The notes below the pieces were generated by a model. The model was not told the DNA's origin, made no database searches, and saw nothing but the letters and a program-made list of their open reading frames with translations. A stretch of DNA of 64,000 nt from a virus (lineage: Duplodnaviria; Caudoviricetes), in IMG/VR virus record IMGVR_UViG_3300025073_000032, positions 1 to 64,000 of that record, one strand, 5' to 3'. Position 1 is the stretch's first letter, and each line of letters starts with the position of its first letter. The position numbers and the translations under genes are program-made. Below are positions 37,593 through 50,082 of this stretch, one piece after another.

Positions 37593-38567
37593 TTATTGCC
37601 TCTCTGATTGTTGTTTTACCAGCTGAGCAATGATATTAAAGATATTACCATAGCTACCCTTTATCTCCACAAAGTCGTAGTTTATCTGAGTATCTTCCCG
37701 TATGTTGTTATAGTCCCGGATAAATTCTCTCAGGTCATTCTCTGTATCCAGTGTAATCTCCAGTTTAATCGGCTGAAACTGCGGCTTAGGTGATGTTACT
37801 TTGACTTTCGGTGTCATTGTCTATTACTCCTCTTCTTTGGGATATTTGACAGCCTGTGCTATTACATTAAATGGATTAGTGTAATTAGGCCCTGATTCAA
37901 GCTCACAATGCTGCATTGCACCCCCTCCTAATTGATCGAAGCACTTCCAGAAGAAGGCCAAAGCAGCCTCACTCTCTATTGCAAACTCTACTTTGATCGA
38001 CCTAAAATCATTCTTCCTTGTAGCTTTCACTCTAATCATCGCTTATTCCTCTTCTTTGGGAAATTTAACTGCATACATGATTCTATTACATACAGCAGAG
38101 AGATTACTGTCTTTCTCAGAGATACACTCATAGCTCACACCTCCAGCACTCTCCATATCTTCTATTAGGTCTTTCAGCTCTTCCTCGCTCTCTATCATGA
38201 TTTCCAGCTTGATCGGTTTGAACCCTTTCACTACTGTACCTTTTACTTTCACGGTTGTTCTCCTTTCATTTTGTTGTCTATTAGCAGGTATATCAGGATG
38301 CATTCCCCAAGGTATTAGTGCCCTCAACGATATTGCATTATATGGTATTGCAAGAGAAACTTCTCCTTCTCTGTATAGCTCTCTACTCATAGTCTTTGTA
38401 TTATCATATACACCATCCAGCAACCTTACGATATCAAACTCAGCATAGATGTAGTCAGAAGGAGCACACTTCAAATTCCCATCAAGCTTGACGTACCACT
38501 CACCTTTTCTCGGTAGTCTATGCTCCCCGATAAGCTCAAACTGTTTCGTATTCATACTCATAACCAT
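37593..38567 (-). repeat. Three tandem paralogous ORFs
   Basis: Shared F+PIKLEIxI(E/D)(S/T)E core; two end in AVK(Y/F)PKEEE. Confidence 0.7.
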
Positions 38568-40256
38568 CCTCCGCTCTTATTCCTTCCCAGTGTAACTCAT
38601 TCTTACAATAGGGACAGATAGCTGAGCCATAGTGCAACCGGACACGCAAACAAGCTGGACACGCAAAGATAGGCACTTTACTAATATAAAGCACCACAAC
38701 CTTTTCGTTTGTCTTTGCATAGGTATACTTCGACTCGTCTACATACTTAAGCTTCTTCCGTAACACGATCTTCATCCTTTCTATCCAATTTACCTGCAAC
38801 CCATACTATCGGTAGCAGATAGAGGAACGCCATTCCACCTACCAGCATTCCCCAACTGAATTGTATAATAGCTTCGATCACACTATACCCCCTTTCCTAT
38901 ACTCCCGTTACTTGAGTATTATTGTCTATTAGTCATCTTCGTGGTCTACAGGCACATACCCAAGAGCGTCTGAAATGGCTTTCCGTATAGCATCACACTT
39001 GTTAGGAAAGTACTTAGGATGCAGATGAATATGTACTTGTCTTGCCTCTTCCTCGGTCAGTGTAAGAATCACCTTGAAATCTCTCTCTGAAGTCGCCATC
39101 TCAACCTCTCCTTATCATCCAATCTATTAGCTCCCTCCCTGAAGCAAAAAACAACAGCTCGTTGCCAACCTGCTCAGTGTATGATCGGTGCATGAAGTCA
39201 TACAAGGATTCCCCTGGATTTGCTATATACAGCTCGGATTCCTGATATGGCTCCCAAAAGACGTATACACCCTTACGCACACCCAGGACACCGAAATGTC
39301 GCTCCTCATCATTGTTTACAACGACAAGATCATGCTCGTTAATCTCGTCAGCTGCTACTATTTCTTCTTCACTTGGGAATCGTATTAGTTTCATCCTCAT
39401 TCTCCTTTTTTGTTAGTCAACCCACACCCTTGCTCGGTGTTCATGTAATACATCTTTGTATCTCTTGCCTTTAAACTTGTAATTTACCAAAGGTAGCTTG
39501 ATATCCATCAGCTTCACTTCAGGTAGAGGCACCATTGTATTATCAAAATTTGTGCCATCAAGCTTTGAGTATGACACTCCCCATTGATACTCAGTCACCA
39601 ATACCACTTCATACTCATCAGATAGATCATCTACAGCGTAGTTTGCCAAGTTATATACATCACCTGATAAGCTTATCCAGATGTATGCACCTTCTACACT
39701 GTTCACAACCTCGCCTGTCTCTTTATTTCTCAAGGCTAACCGTCTCATACTTCCTCCTCTTTTAATAAAGCTTTCCAGCGTCGAATGCGCTCCTGTGCTT
39801 TCTCTGCGAGGCCAGGGTATATGTCTGGATACTGCCGTACATGTCCACTGAACGATGGACAATCTCGCCCCTCGTACTTCATCCACAAGCAAGAGCCACA
39901 CCCCGCATCCCTACTCTCTAGCCCAGCCATCCTACACAAGATGCAGTGATCCACTGCATAATGTGCTTCTTCCGCTGTACACAGTCGATCACGGTCCTTG
40001 TCATACCAACGATCTAATAGATCAAGTGCATCTTCCCAGTTGTCTATGTCATATGGCGATTTGTAATTATACTCTTTCATGTACTCTCCTTATCCGGCTA
40101 ATGCTATAGCCAGCTTGTATGCTAAGGATATTAAACATACTATGCTTGCTATCAGCAGACTCACGAAGAACGCGATCCAGGCTGCATCTTTGAACTTCAC
40201 TGATCCTTTCATCCTGGTATACCCCCTCTCCTTGCCTAAACTTATCTAATATAGAT

Positions 40257-40284
40257 ATTATACCAGATAAGCTAGGCAAGTCAA
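40257..40284 (-). promoter_or_regulatory. Strong sigma70 early promoter
   Basis: TTGACT-16-TATAAT with extended -10 TG. Confidence 0.75.
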
Positions 40285-40289
40285 GTTAT

Positions 40290-41438
40290 CTAATAGCTTT
40301 TTTCTTTCCTTCGGCTCGGACAATCAGGCTCGTCACAATCATGCACCTTACCAGTACAGTACTTATGGCCTGACTGCGTTTGACAGAGATAAGAGTAACA
40401 CGACAAAGGACGCTCACACCCACCTGAATTGGAGGCACACGGAGGATCAACTTGTCTAATAGGCATTGCACTCTTAATTGCTTCCCTGATCGTAGTTCCC
40501 TGGCCTACTTTGCGCCATACACGATCATTCACATTCCCGCTCTCCTTAGTTACAACCCATACGCCGTCAGACTCCTCATCAGGGTATTCAAAGCTGAGCA
40601 TGTAATGTTTCTCCTCCAACCAGTTGAGCAACAGAGTGTCCTCGTTGGCATCGGGACAAAGAAGATCACTTTTTGCACCCATTTGGACATGCTCTGTCTC
40701 TGGATTGGTCATTCCCTTATGCACTGATTCACTCAAACCTGTGAACTCTCCAGGCTCACATTCTGCATGCTTCACAGGTGACTCACTGATCCAGGCTCTT
40801 TCTACTTCCTGCATCACTTTTATTGCTTTAAAGCCTACAGGTGGTACCTCTCTTACTCCCTTGTGGAGCTTACCGAAATCCTCTTCCAACTTCTGTATCT
40901 GTTCATCTGTTGGTTCACTCCAGGCCACATTGATGCCGTTCAGAGTCTGCTGATTCGGTTCTCTGTTTTCTTCTTTTCTACCTGTTGGCGATATCTGCTC
41001 AAACAACTTCAACCTGTATATCTCTGCATCCAGGCTATCATCGTTCATCGTATCGAATGTAGCTTTCAAGGCATTAGCTGCAACCCATGATTTCTCTATC
41101 TCTTCCAATACCTCTTTTGCTTTTAGTCCCTTTTCAGGTGTACTCATTCTATCCCTAAAATCCATGATTGCATCATTCAGGTCATGCACCGGAACTGTTC
41201 TCCCTCCGATCACAACCTCTTTTTCTTTTTCCCTTGCGTTGATTACTTTCTCGGTACAATCCTCTCTTGCTGATCTGTACTGTCTAGCAGAGACTGCATC
41301 CATTCTCTCGTTTATCCTCTGCTCGAATCGAATGATGTTCATCTCCATAGTGTTGATCTGTTGTCTCGTTTTCAAGAGCTGATCTTCCAGGACATGCATT
41401 TGCCTCTCCAGTATTGCCAGTCTATGCCTTGTCCACAT
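40290..41438 (-). CDS. Hypothetical composite protein (coiled coil, internal repeat, Cys-rich C-terminus)
   Basis: 382 aa; GLKAKEVLEEIEKSW / GFKAIKVMQEVERAW repeat. Confidence 0.55.
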   Translation of the reverse strand: MWTRHRLAILERQMHVLEDQLLKTRQQINTMEMNIIRFEQRINERMDAVSARQYRSAREDCTEKVINAREKEKEVVIGGRTVPVHDLNDAIMDFRDRMSTPEKGLKAKEVLEEIEKSWVAANALKATFDTMNDDSLDAEIYRLKLFEQISPTGRKEENREPNQQTLNGINVAWSEPTDEQIQKLEEDFGKLHKGVREVPPVGFKAIKVMQEVERAWISESPVKHAECEPGEFTGLSESVHKGMTNPETEHVQMGAKSDLLCPDANEDTLLLNWLEEKHYMLSFEYPDEESDGVWVVTKESGNVNDRVWRKVGQGTTIREAIKSAMPIRQVDPPCASNSGGCERPLSCYSYLCQTQSGHKYCTGKVHDCDEPDCPSRRKEKSY

Positions 41439-43863
41439 TATTCTGTCTCCTTCTTTTCGAGAACTACCTTTTCTTCTTTTTCTTCCTTTCTCAGCTCCAT
41501 TCCCAGGTGATTCAGGACTGCATTTATGGCTTGATTGATCGGTACCCGACCACCGAATGGATTTACAAAGAAACCAAATGTTTTTACGTAAACAGGCACT
41601 GTAGTTGCCCGATGTAGCTCAGCTTCCAACCTCTCTATTTCCTTACGCAGACTTGCAATTGCCTCATTTTGATTGTCTATTTTATCGCTAAGCTCACATT
41701 GATAAAAAGACATAGAATCATATCTCCTATCGTGATTACCGTCATGATACTTCAGTTGATTTACATCCCTTTTCAATATTTTGTACGTTCTGAATGGATG
41801 CCACATTTTCTTTTCTCCTATTGCTAGTTGTATTACAGCTATTGTGATTAGTACTGATGCATATATCAGCAGTACCGCTACTAATGCTATTAACCCTTCA
41901 GACTCAAACATCATTTTCCTCTTGTTTTTCTTGTTTTTCTTCTTTTCTCATTTCCCAGCGCACTGATATATAAGCTAGACTTATCCAAAAGACAAGTACA
42001 CTTACAGATACCAACATAGCTTTTAATATCTCTATTAACATCATTTACTCCTCTTCTTCGCAAGTATTACAGCGCCATGCTATTTCTTCTTTGTGATTCA
42101 GAAATGTTACGCCTTTGGTGAATAATTTGATCTTTTTGCAGTTATGACAGCATGGGAAGAGCATGTCGGCAAGTACCACCAACAGGGCCATTAGGAGCAT
42201 CAGGTTTACCATCAATTCAGCATTCATTCTAATAGTCCTTTCCTGTGTATTAGTGCTTTGTGAACTAATGCGTCTTGTCTAATAGAACAACTAGCTCAGA
42301 TACAGCTTTAGCCAGTGCCTTTTCTCTCTCACCAACACAGTTGACCTGATACTGCTCTATGTGCTGTTCTTGCGTATATGCACAAGGTCGATGCTGTTCC
42401 CACCATGCGATAGCACACATGACTACAGGACCGAACCCAAACACTACCGCCCACTTCTCTTCTGTCATTTTCTTGTCCTCATCTAATATGCAATTTGTGA
42501 AATTACTTATTCAGTTTCACGAGTCTTGATCCACTCTTTATCAGTATCGATTACCACCACTTTCTTATGTGGCAGTTTACGCACCGCTACGCTACTTCCT
42601 GTCAAGTAATCGTACATTGCCTCCAGAGTGTATGGTCCTTGCATGTATGCTTTGTTAGGATTACCATCCAACCCAGTCAGTATGAATCTCTTGCCAGCTT
42701 CCCTTGAGTCCCACTGAGCTTCAGATACAACAACTTCCACCTGTCCTATCAAAAACACAGCTCCTGCTTTAATATCTGTCATTTTTACTTCGTAATACTC
42801 TTCCAGGTACCGATTAGCCTCTTCTATTGCCTTTCTTGCTGCATCGATTGCCTGTTTTGCCTCTTTGTCAGATTTGAACGCCATCACTTTCCTCCTTCTG
42901 AGTATCGTACTTCGATCTTGTCAAGCACCATCCAGATAAAATATGCAGCTCCTATGACAAAGAATGCCAGCTCAAGCAGCAATCCACCTACAGCAGAGCT
43001 AAATAGTATTAGACATGTCAATCCAGCTCCGAACATCAAGGTAGCCATGCCTGTTCCTGTCAAGCACAACACCCTGACACATACTAATAGATACTTTAAC
43101 CATTTGTTCATGCTTTATCTCCTTTCTAATATCTGTTTCAAAGACTTATCGATGCTCTCCAGCACACACATCTTCTCTTTATGATGTTCTTTAACCTTTC
43201 TCCAGATAAGCCACCAAAGCACAGCTCCTATGATAAGTTCAAACATGACTTTACTCGCTTTCTCCTCTCCTACTCTCCAAAATTAGCCTTTTGGAATTCT
43301 ATTACATACTCCAGAGCATCCTTGCACTGTTCAGGAAAGAACTCTGCTGATCTTTTAAGATCTTTCTTCATCAAGTCCAAAGTATGACCTGTGACATTGC
43401 CTAAGATGGATTCTAACAGGCTATACTCACTTAGATGGTACTCTTTAAGCACATAACCTATTGCCTCATATGCCTCTATTGCCTCATCTTGCAACTCAGC
43501 ATACCCTCGGTGCTTCAGAAGTGAATCCCAGGCACCAGCTTTGTCTATTGTAATATTGCTACAGATAGAGTTGAGCTTATCAACCACCGCGAAGACCACC
43601 CCTTGACTTATAAACACCGGCATCTTGCACTCCTTCCCGAACACTTAACCTCTATCACGCCTCCACAGATATAAGGTATTGCCTCCCACTCTGGTTTTAC
43701 ATCGGCTACTCCAAAAAGTGAGCAATTCTTACACTGAATAGCAGAGAATTCCACTCCATTAGTGCTGCCTCTCCCAGCATGGTAGCAATCATGACCATTT
43801 TCCCTGGCTTTCTTTTCCATCGCCCTTTCCAATGCTCTAATAGCTTTCATACCTTCTCCTTTA

Positions 43864-44091
43864 TTAGAACCTAAAGCTAATCCTCTTTCTATCGTTCTTT
43901 GGGAATAGTACAATCTCCAGCACCTGATCGATTTCGTCAAAGGCTTTACAAAATGCTCCATTGATCTTGACTGATCCCTTGTCAAGCCACCTGCGTAGCT
44001 CAGAGTTACTGGCTTTGGTCTTGGGTTTCTCGGTTGACCAAAAACCATAACATGCTTCATTAAGTTCCTTAAGCACATCGATAGCGGTCAT
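43864..44091 (-). CDS. S4-like RNA-binding domain protein
   Basis: SNSELRRWLDKGSVKING matches the S4 motif SxSEARRxIxxGxVxxNG. Confidence 0.7.
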   Translation of the reverse strand: MTAIDVLKELNEACYGFWSTEKPKTKASNSELRRWLDKGSVKINGAFCKAFDEIDQVLEIVLFPKNDRKRISFRF

Positions 44092-45249
44092 TTACTCTCC
44101 CCGAAAGACACATGATATTTGCAATCTGTATTAGGGCAATCAAGCCCTTCAGCACATGATACAAACCTGTCTTTCTCACCTTTAATGTAGTTTGTACATT
44201 TCATTAGTCACCATCCTCTAACAACTCTTCACTACCACGCTTGCGCTTAAGGTCAAAATTCATGTACCTCAATCGAATTAATGCTGCTGCCTCCTGTAAC
44301 AGCCTCTGCCTCTTCTCGTATAGTTTTGCTGCACGTACCATGCTAAACCTCCGTTACCCTTTAAATCTTCTGATCCGGTATACAGCAAACCGCAGACGGA
44401 TTATCGCTGTCGCTTCACGTAACCTTTTCTGCACCTTATTGAGTCTTCGCATGTACACCTCCAAAGTAAGAGTTTTACAGCTATCGTGGCTAAGCCTAAT
44501 GTGGCTATTACGAGTGTAATTAGAGCGATTAACAGGTCCAACATCATGTGCTCCTTTCCCTTTATTCTATTATACAACTCCATGCGTAAAAGTAAAGGGA
44601 ATATCTAATATAAAAATAAATATTCCCTTTGCTCTTTTCATGAAACCTATTTAGAGCCTTGTCGCTTTTGCTGCATCCTACGATTTTGTTCCCTCTCCCG
44701 GCTACAGGTATGCTTATCATACTTTGAGGTTGGATTGTCTTTGAAATGAACAGAGAAATTCTTCTTCAGCTCCCTATTTATCTCTGCTCTACTCATCCCT
44801 TTTTCTTCACATTCCCTGATATGCTCCTTGATCCTTTTATCTTTATTGCTCTGACCTTCCGATATTACCTTCATCACTTATTGCTCCTTGCTCCGATACA
44901 ATTACTTTGTAGACTAGATCACCATGATAATCCCTGAAGTGTACCTCATTTGCCGGTATGCTTTCGTCTACAACCAAACGTATGCACCCGACTTTACCGA
45001 TCACCTTGCCTTTTAGCATCTTGCGGTCCTCGTTGCATAATATACCGAATAATAGTTCTACTCCTTGCCACAGAAGCAGCACATCTTCCACATATCTCTG
45101 AGTCATGCATGAAGTAATCCAGACCTATTCCCTTATGTTCTCTTAAGCATAAATCAGCATCCTTCAAAACCTGTAACAGCTCCTCCCTGGTATAATTCAA
45201 ATCATCGGTTCCCCTAATCATGTTTACTCCCCTTTCATCGCTAAGGTTA

Positions 45250-46701
45250 TCACGCAAATGAGAAAGCAAACCTAGCCGTTGAAATGGCTATGTTTATTGC
45301 CATAACTACAGCGTCTACCATATCGTCATGCACTCCTTCAGGGAACATACAGAACTCTTCTATTATGTCTGTTATATCCATGTTTTCAGGCCAAAACACC
45401 TTGCCATTCTCAAACATACCTAGAACAGAATGTGCTCTGATTACCTTGTCAGAATGTACCTTGACAGGTTTAGCTGGTACCTCCGTATTCTCTTGCAGAA
45501 ACTGAGTCATAGCCTCTTGATAAGCTACACTCTCCACTCCCATTGCTACGAACTTGTGCTTGTTGTATTCAGCCTTGAAAGCCTCAAACTGCTTAGGTGC
45601 TGATATCTTATCCCTCCACAAATCTATAATATATACATTCTTTTGTGTATCAATAGCCAATATGACCATTACAAAATAGTCAGCTGAATCCTTTTTGCTA
45701 ATAGCTAAGTCACTACCGCCAAAAATCATACATCGCTCAGGCAAAGCGATGTACCTACCAGTGAAATACTGCTTTTTGAAGATACGCTCTCTAGCAAGCT
45801 CACTATTGTTCTGATACTGCATCTCAAAAATAATAGAGTCTTGCCGTCTGGTTTGTAACAGCTCAGATACAGAACAGCCTTTCTTTGCTGGCCACAGTGC
45901 TATTAGATTCTCAGGATGAGCGTAATCGACTGGCTTCAGCTTACCATCTTCTGTGTATTCATCACCTCCCACGTTCTTAAGTGCTCTGTCTCTAACCCAA
46001 CATCCAGACAGAAAACCCTCGTTCTCAGAGTCAACTTGACCTTTAAGGGATGCCGTTATTGCTCGTTTACGAGTAGCTCTCCCATACAGATCATCATCAT
46101 TGTAACGAGTACCGATAAAATGTATCTCATCATCAGCAGTAGGCATAAGAACAGTCCAAAGCCAGTTCCACATTTTATCCCTGGACTCTTTCTTAAGAGC
46201 GTTCTCAAAATCCACTAAGTCATCGACCATGATTAGATCGAAGTGACCGGATACAATTGAACCATAAACACCTACAGTGCTCACAGTTGGCTCTTTAAGA
46301 CCTACTTTTGTACGTTTAGCTACAACAATACTACCTGTGTTCCACTGCTTGCCTACAAAATCCCCATATAGAGTACGCAAAAGATCATTCTTCTCGAAAT
46401 GATCCTTAATAGCTCCTAGAAACTTCTCAGCAGCAGTAGCAGCGTTTGACACTATCAGAATACGTATATTTGGATTCTGGATGATCCTCCAGATGAGATA
46501 GGCAATGGTAAGTATGGTTGACTTACCATGCCCCCTTGGTGCCAACACCAACGAACGTGGCCTTGACAATTGAAACTTTGCCCACCGAACATGAAACTCA
46601 TGTAATTCATATCCCAATACTACAACTACAAACAGGAAGAAATTATTGAGCAACTGCTTAGCAGTATATTTGACTTTGACCTTTTCGGCTGTCTCTGACA
46701 T
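45250..46701 (-). CDS. terL: Terminase large subunit
   Basis: Walker A APRGHGKS, Walker B IMVDD, GTRY, nuclease GSDLA...HDDMVDA. Confidence 0.93.
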   Translation of the reverse strand: MSETAEKVKVKYTAKQLLNNFFLFVVVVLGYELHEFHVRWAKFQLSRPRSLVLAPRGHGKSTILTIAYLIWRIIQNPNIRILIVSNAATAAEKFLGAIKDHFEKNDLLRTLYGDFVGKQWNTGSIVVAKRTKVGLKEPTVSTVGVYGSIVSGHFDLIMVDDLVDFENALKKESRDKMWNWLWTVLMPTADDEIHFIGTRYNDDDLYGRATRKRAITASLKGQVDSENEGFLSGCWVRDRALKNVGGDEYTEDGKLKPVDYAHPENLIALWPAKKGCSVSELLQTRRQDSIIFEMQYQNNSELARERIFKKQYFTGRYIALPERCMIFGGSDLAISKKDSADYFVMVILAIDTQKNVYIIDLWRDKISAPKQFEAFKAEYNKHKFVAMGVESVAYQEAMTQFLQENTEVPAKPVKVHSDKVIRAHSVLGMFENGKVFWPENMDITDIIEEFCMFPEGVHDDMVDAVVMAINIAISTARFAFSFA

Positions 46702-47803
46702 TTAATTCAACTGGCAAACGGAGTTTGTTCAATCTCTAATTCCATAGCATCTAACCTACACCTCTCTACTGGTCTGCTAGTAAAGGTGCCATCCTCACAT
46801 ACAAGAATAAAATATGGAACTTTTTCTATTACTACTGTAGCAAATATTCTTCCTTTGCGTGACTCTTTTCTATCAAAAAACACAACCGTAGGTTGTTTAA
46901 GCATCGGACTGAACCGTCCTCTCAGTATCTACCCCTGCTCAATTTAGCGGCTAATACCGCTTCAGGAGTTATTCCTCCTAATGCTGCAACACATTCCACA
47001 AACTCAGCATGCAACTGTGGAACAGTAAAAACAGGATGACCTACTTTGGTGTATCTCTGCAATACCACAAGATCACTAATAGTCATCCTACGCAATTTGT
47101 ACTTCCATACTTCTATTTCTTCTTCATCCAGTGGTTCTACTTGATACTGCGAGGTGCCACCCCATCGAACATCGTATACCATTAGTTATTTCACCTTCTC
47201 CCTTGACAAAGAATTGACAGCTCTTCTTGCCAATGCTTTGTCCTGTTCTGTTGCGTCCACACTCAGCAGATACTCAAGAGCTTCCTTTAGAGAGTCACGT
47301 TCTCTCTTCAGGAGCTTAATTACCTCTACTGGATCACCTAGTCTAGTTTCAAGTCCAGCTGCATCCAACATGTTTACAACAACTCTATTAGAATTCCTGT
47401 TAATACGCTGCAATTCGTCAATCTTAAGCTGACACGCTGTACAAGTCATATTTTTGTTACCCCTTTTAAGATACTCCTGTAAGGCGTACTATTCTTACAC
47501 AGGGTATTACAATAACTACTTTATTGTACCAATTCAAGATTACTGGTTATTACAGTAACCAATTGCAGATGAATTTCATTCCCTGCCTCGGAAGTTTCCA
47601 TTCTGACAGCATATTCCAACTTATCCTTCTTGAATATCTGAAGCTCATCTTTGACACTTATAATATAAATGTCGTTAGCTTTCATCTGGTCATCTACAGT
47701 AGATGCGTCAGTAAAATCAATACCTAAAAAAGCAAGACACTTTGTAGCCTCTTCCTGCAACATCTCACCTACAGTAGCCTGTATACGCTTCTCAAAATCT
47801 TCT

Positions 47804-48616
47804 TCATCCTTCGTTATTGATCGGTACTTTGTCTCCATCTCCAGGCTCCTTTATCTCTTTGTAATCAGCATCTGTAATCTCTATAGTGCTAAGCATCACC
47901 AAGCTTCTAGCCAGAACAGGATCAAGCTCAAGCACTACAGCTAACTCCTCAGTATCCCCACCTCCTCCACTACCTTTGATATTCTCAGTGGATTGCCCCA
48001 AGATCAACCTAGTTGCTTTTATAATACTAATCTTAGCGTTAACAAGATTATTAATATCCTGAGAACGCATCGGTAATATCTTACCATCTGACCCAGGCTC
48101 TGCTGCTCTAGTCAAATTATGTCTAATAGCAATATTCAGCTTCTCTAAGTCCTCCAAATCTGACTTATGTATCCTTGCCAGAAACTGAGCTAAGTGAGAA
48201 GCTATAGCCGGTCCTACTATCTCTTGTGCCACTCCTACCAGCTCATCATCAGAAGCTTCTTCCTCGGATACATCCCCATCTGTACGTATCTTGTCTATTA
48301 TGTCTTGTTTGAACTGCTCCTGAAAAGCAGATAGTTCCTCTTCCCACTTCTGTTCATGCCTCCAATTAATAACACTTCGCCTGGAAGCTCCTACAGCCTT
48401 GCCTATAGCCTCATCAGAGATATTACCGCCTTTAGACAAATACAAAGCCTTGGCTTTCATCTGCTTCTCAACAGCAAATCGCTTGCAGCTTGCTCCAGGT
48501 GCAAAAGGAGTAAGGTTTTCCTTGCCTCCCTTCTTCTTACGTGCCGTAATCTTCTCTTCAGGCTTAACCAAATTCTTTGCCTTGCGCTCTATATTAGCAG
48601 GATCGTTTTTGGCCAT
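47804..48616 (-). CDS. Probable terminase small subunit
   Basis: ENLTPF motif, HTH (AKALY...EAIGKAVGASRRSVINWR...W), C-terminal RLILGQSTEN; upstream of terL. Confidence 0.7.
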   Translation of the reverse strand: MAKNDPANIERKAKNLVKPEEKITARKKKGGKENLTPFAPGASCKRFAVEKQMKAKALYLSKGGNISDEAIGKAVGASRRSVINWRHEQKWEEELSAFQEQFKQDIIDKIRTDGDVSEEEASDDELVGVAQEIVGPAIASHLAQFLARIHKSDLEDLEKLNIAIRHNLTRAAEPGSDGKILPMRSQDINNLVNAKISIIKATRLILGQSTENIKGSGGGGDTEELAVVLELDPVLARSLVMLSTIEITDADYKEIKEPGDGDKVPINNEG

Positions 48617-48977
48617 TTCGTTTGGCTCTCCTCTCCTCCTGCTTCAACATCTCCAACATGCAACCTTGTGCATTGAATATAATAGCACAAAGCAATTCTA
48701 TTTTAGTTACATGCTCTCCAGAATCTCTATCTACTACTACAGCTCCTCTATGTGCTCTCCACAGATCTATAGTGTGCCGTATCAAAGACTTTACATACTC
48801 AGCGATAGGCATACCCTTTTGCCAGTTATCTGAGTCTCGTAACTGACCATCAGCTTGTCTGCGATGCTCATGCATGTATGCACCATACTCATGCAGCACA
48901 GCTGGTGACAGAAACCCCTCGTAATCAAACTTGTTTATGTTACTGTTGCGTGTTGCTCCTGTCTTGAACTGTCTCAT
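48594..48977 (-). CDS. dATP/dGTP diphosphohydrolase-like (DUF5664)
   Basis: FKTGATR...NWQKGMP...SLIRH...AIIFN. Confidence 0.75.
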   Translation of the reverse strand: MRQFKTGATRNSNINKFDYEGFLSPAVLHEYGAYMHEHRRQADGQLRDSDNWQKGMPIAEYVKSLIRHTIDLWRAHRGAVVVDRDSGEHVTKIELLCAIIFNAQGCMLEMLKQEERRAKRNGQKRSC

Positions 48978-49513
48978 ACCGGGAACCCTTTCATGTTTCG
49001 ATATACGTCCTTCCAGTCATATGCTGCCAGGAACTCATTGTAATCAACTATCAACACGCTTCGCTTACTATCAAAGTACAGTACTGCCTTTATCTTCTGA
49101 GGTAGTACCAGAAAAGCTAACACACTATCCAGTATCAACAGTGTGTTCTGTCTGCTTCCCTTTGCTATCAACATAGGTCTTACTTTGGCTTTGTGTGCCT
49201 CGGTATGTACCTGCTCCCACCATGCCCACAATGGATTCTTTTCGTTATGAAAAGCTTTTGTGATAGATACTTCCTGGTAGTTTTTACACTCAACACAGAA
49301 GACAGATAGAAACTCCTTTACTCTCGGTGACTCTTTAGCTATGCCTAGATCACCAAACCCACACGTTGACTTACCTGTAGATGCTCTCCCCCCTGATAAA
49401 GCTGTGCGCCACAGCAAATCCTTATCAGCCCCTGCACTGATCCACAAGGAAAGCTCTTTAGCTATTTGCCTCTCAAAAGCACTTCCTTTGGCCTTTCCAG
49501 CCCCTTTTTGCAT
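48974..49513 (-). CDS. Holliday junction resolvase-like PD-(D/E)xK nuclease
   Basis: KGSAFERQIAKELSLW...RTALSGG...GD...VECK...WWEQ. Confidence 0.85.
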   Translation of the reverse strand: MQKGAGKAKGSAFERQIAKELSLWISAGADKDLLWRTALSGGRASTGKSTCGFGDLGIAKESPRVKEFLSVFCVECKNYQEVSITKAFHNEKNPLWAWWEQVHTEAHKAKVRPMLIAKGSRQNTLLILDSVLAFLVLPQKIKAVLYFDSKRSVLIVDYNEFLAAYDWKDVYRNMKGFPV

Positions 49514-50082
49514 TAAATTGTCTCCTTGAATATGTTAATTATAATATACTCTTCAATCTGCTTTTCCAAAATCATCTGTTTGACTCTCTCCTTAGCTTCA
49601 AGGTAATGTCTATTATAAGCCTCTTCAAGCACTCGCATATCAGCTGTTACTTGGCCGGAAATCATCTCATCAATGTCATCATCCCAGGCTGTATAGCAAA
49701 ATACCCCCGGTTTATCTATTTTCCATGTCACTATACCATGTTTACGCCTCCGTTCCTTTGGGATAAAAGCATTTATGGGAATAACAGTAGACTCCTTTCC
49801 AAGAAACAAAAGTATTTCTCTGAATCTTGCAATCAAGCCTGTATTAGACTTATTCTTAGCGTAATTATAACTCATTCGGTACTACCTCCGTAAAAGGTTC
49901 ATACTCAACCCACCAGCGAGGATGAAACTCTTTCATAAACTTAACAAATTTTTTATACTCTTCCGCTGGTAACGGTCTACATTGTGGATCTTTATACGGC
50001 ATCCAGGTACAAGGAAGATATAGTACATATAGAAACTCCTCCTTAGGAGGAACTTCTATTATCTTCGCTTTACGTATAGGTG

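Larger units (their letters stand above)
23796..45250 (-). other. Accessory region of many tens of small, tightly packed hypothetical ORFs (early/host-takeover-like)
   Basis: Mostly 50-170 aa minus-strand ORFs with GGAG RBSs and ATGA/TAATG overlaps, many CxxC motifs, strong sigma70 promoters. Confidence 0.75.

Noticed and set aside
23796-45250. Stop-codon reassignment explaining the many short ORFs
   Set aside because: Conserved long genes are intact in the standard code, all three stops are used, and the short ORFs have their own RBSs
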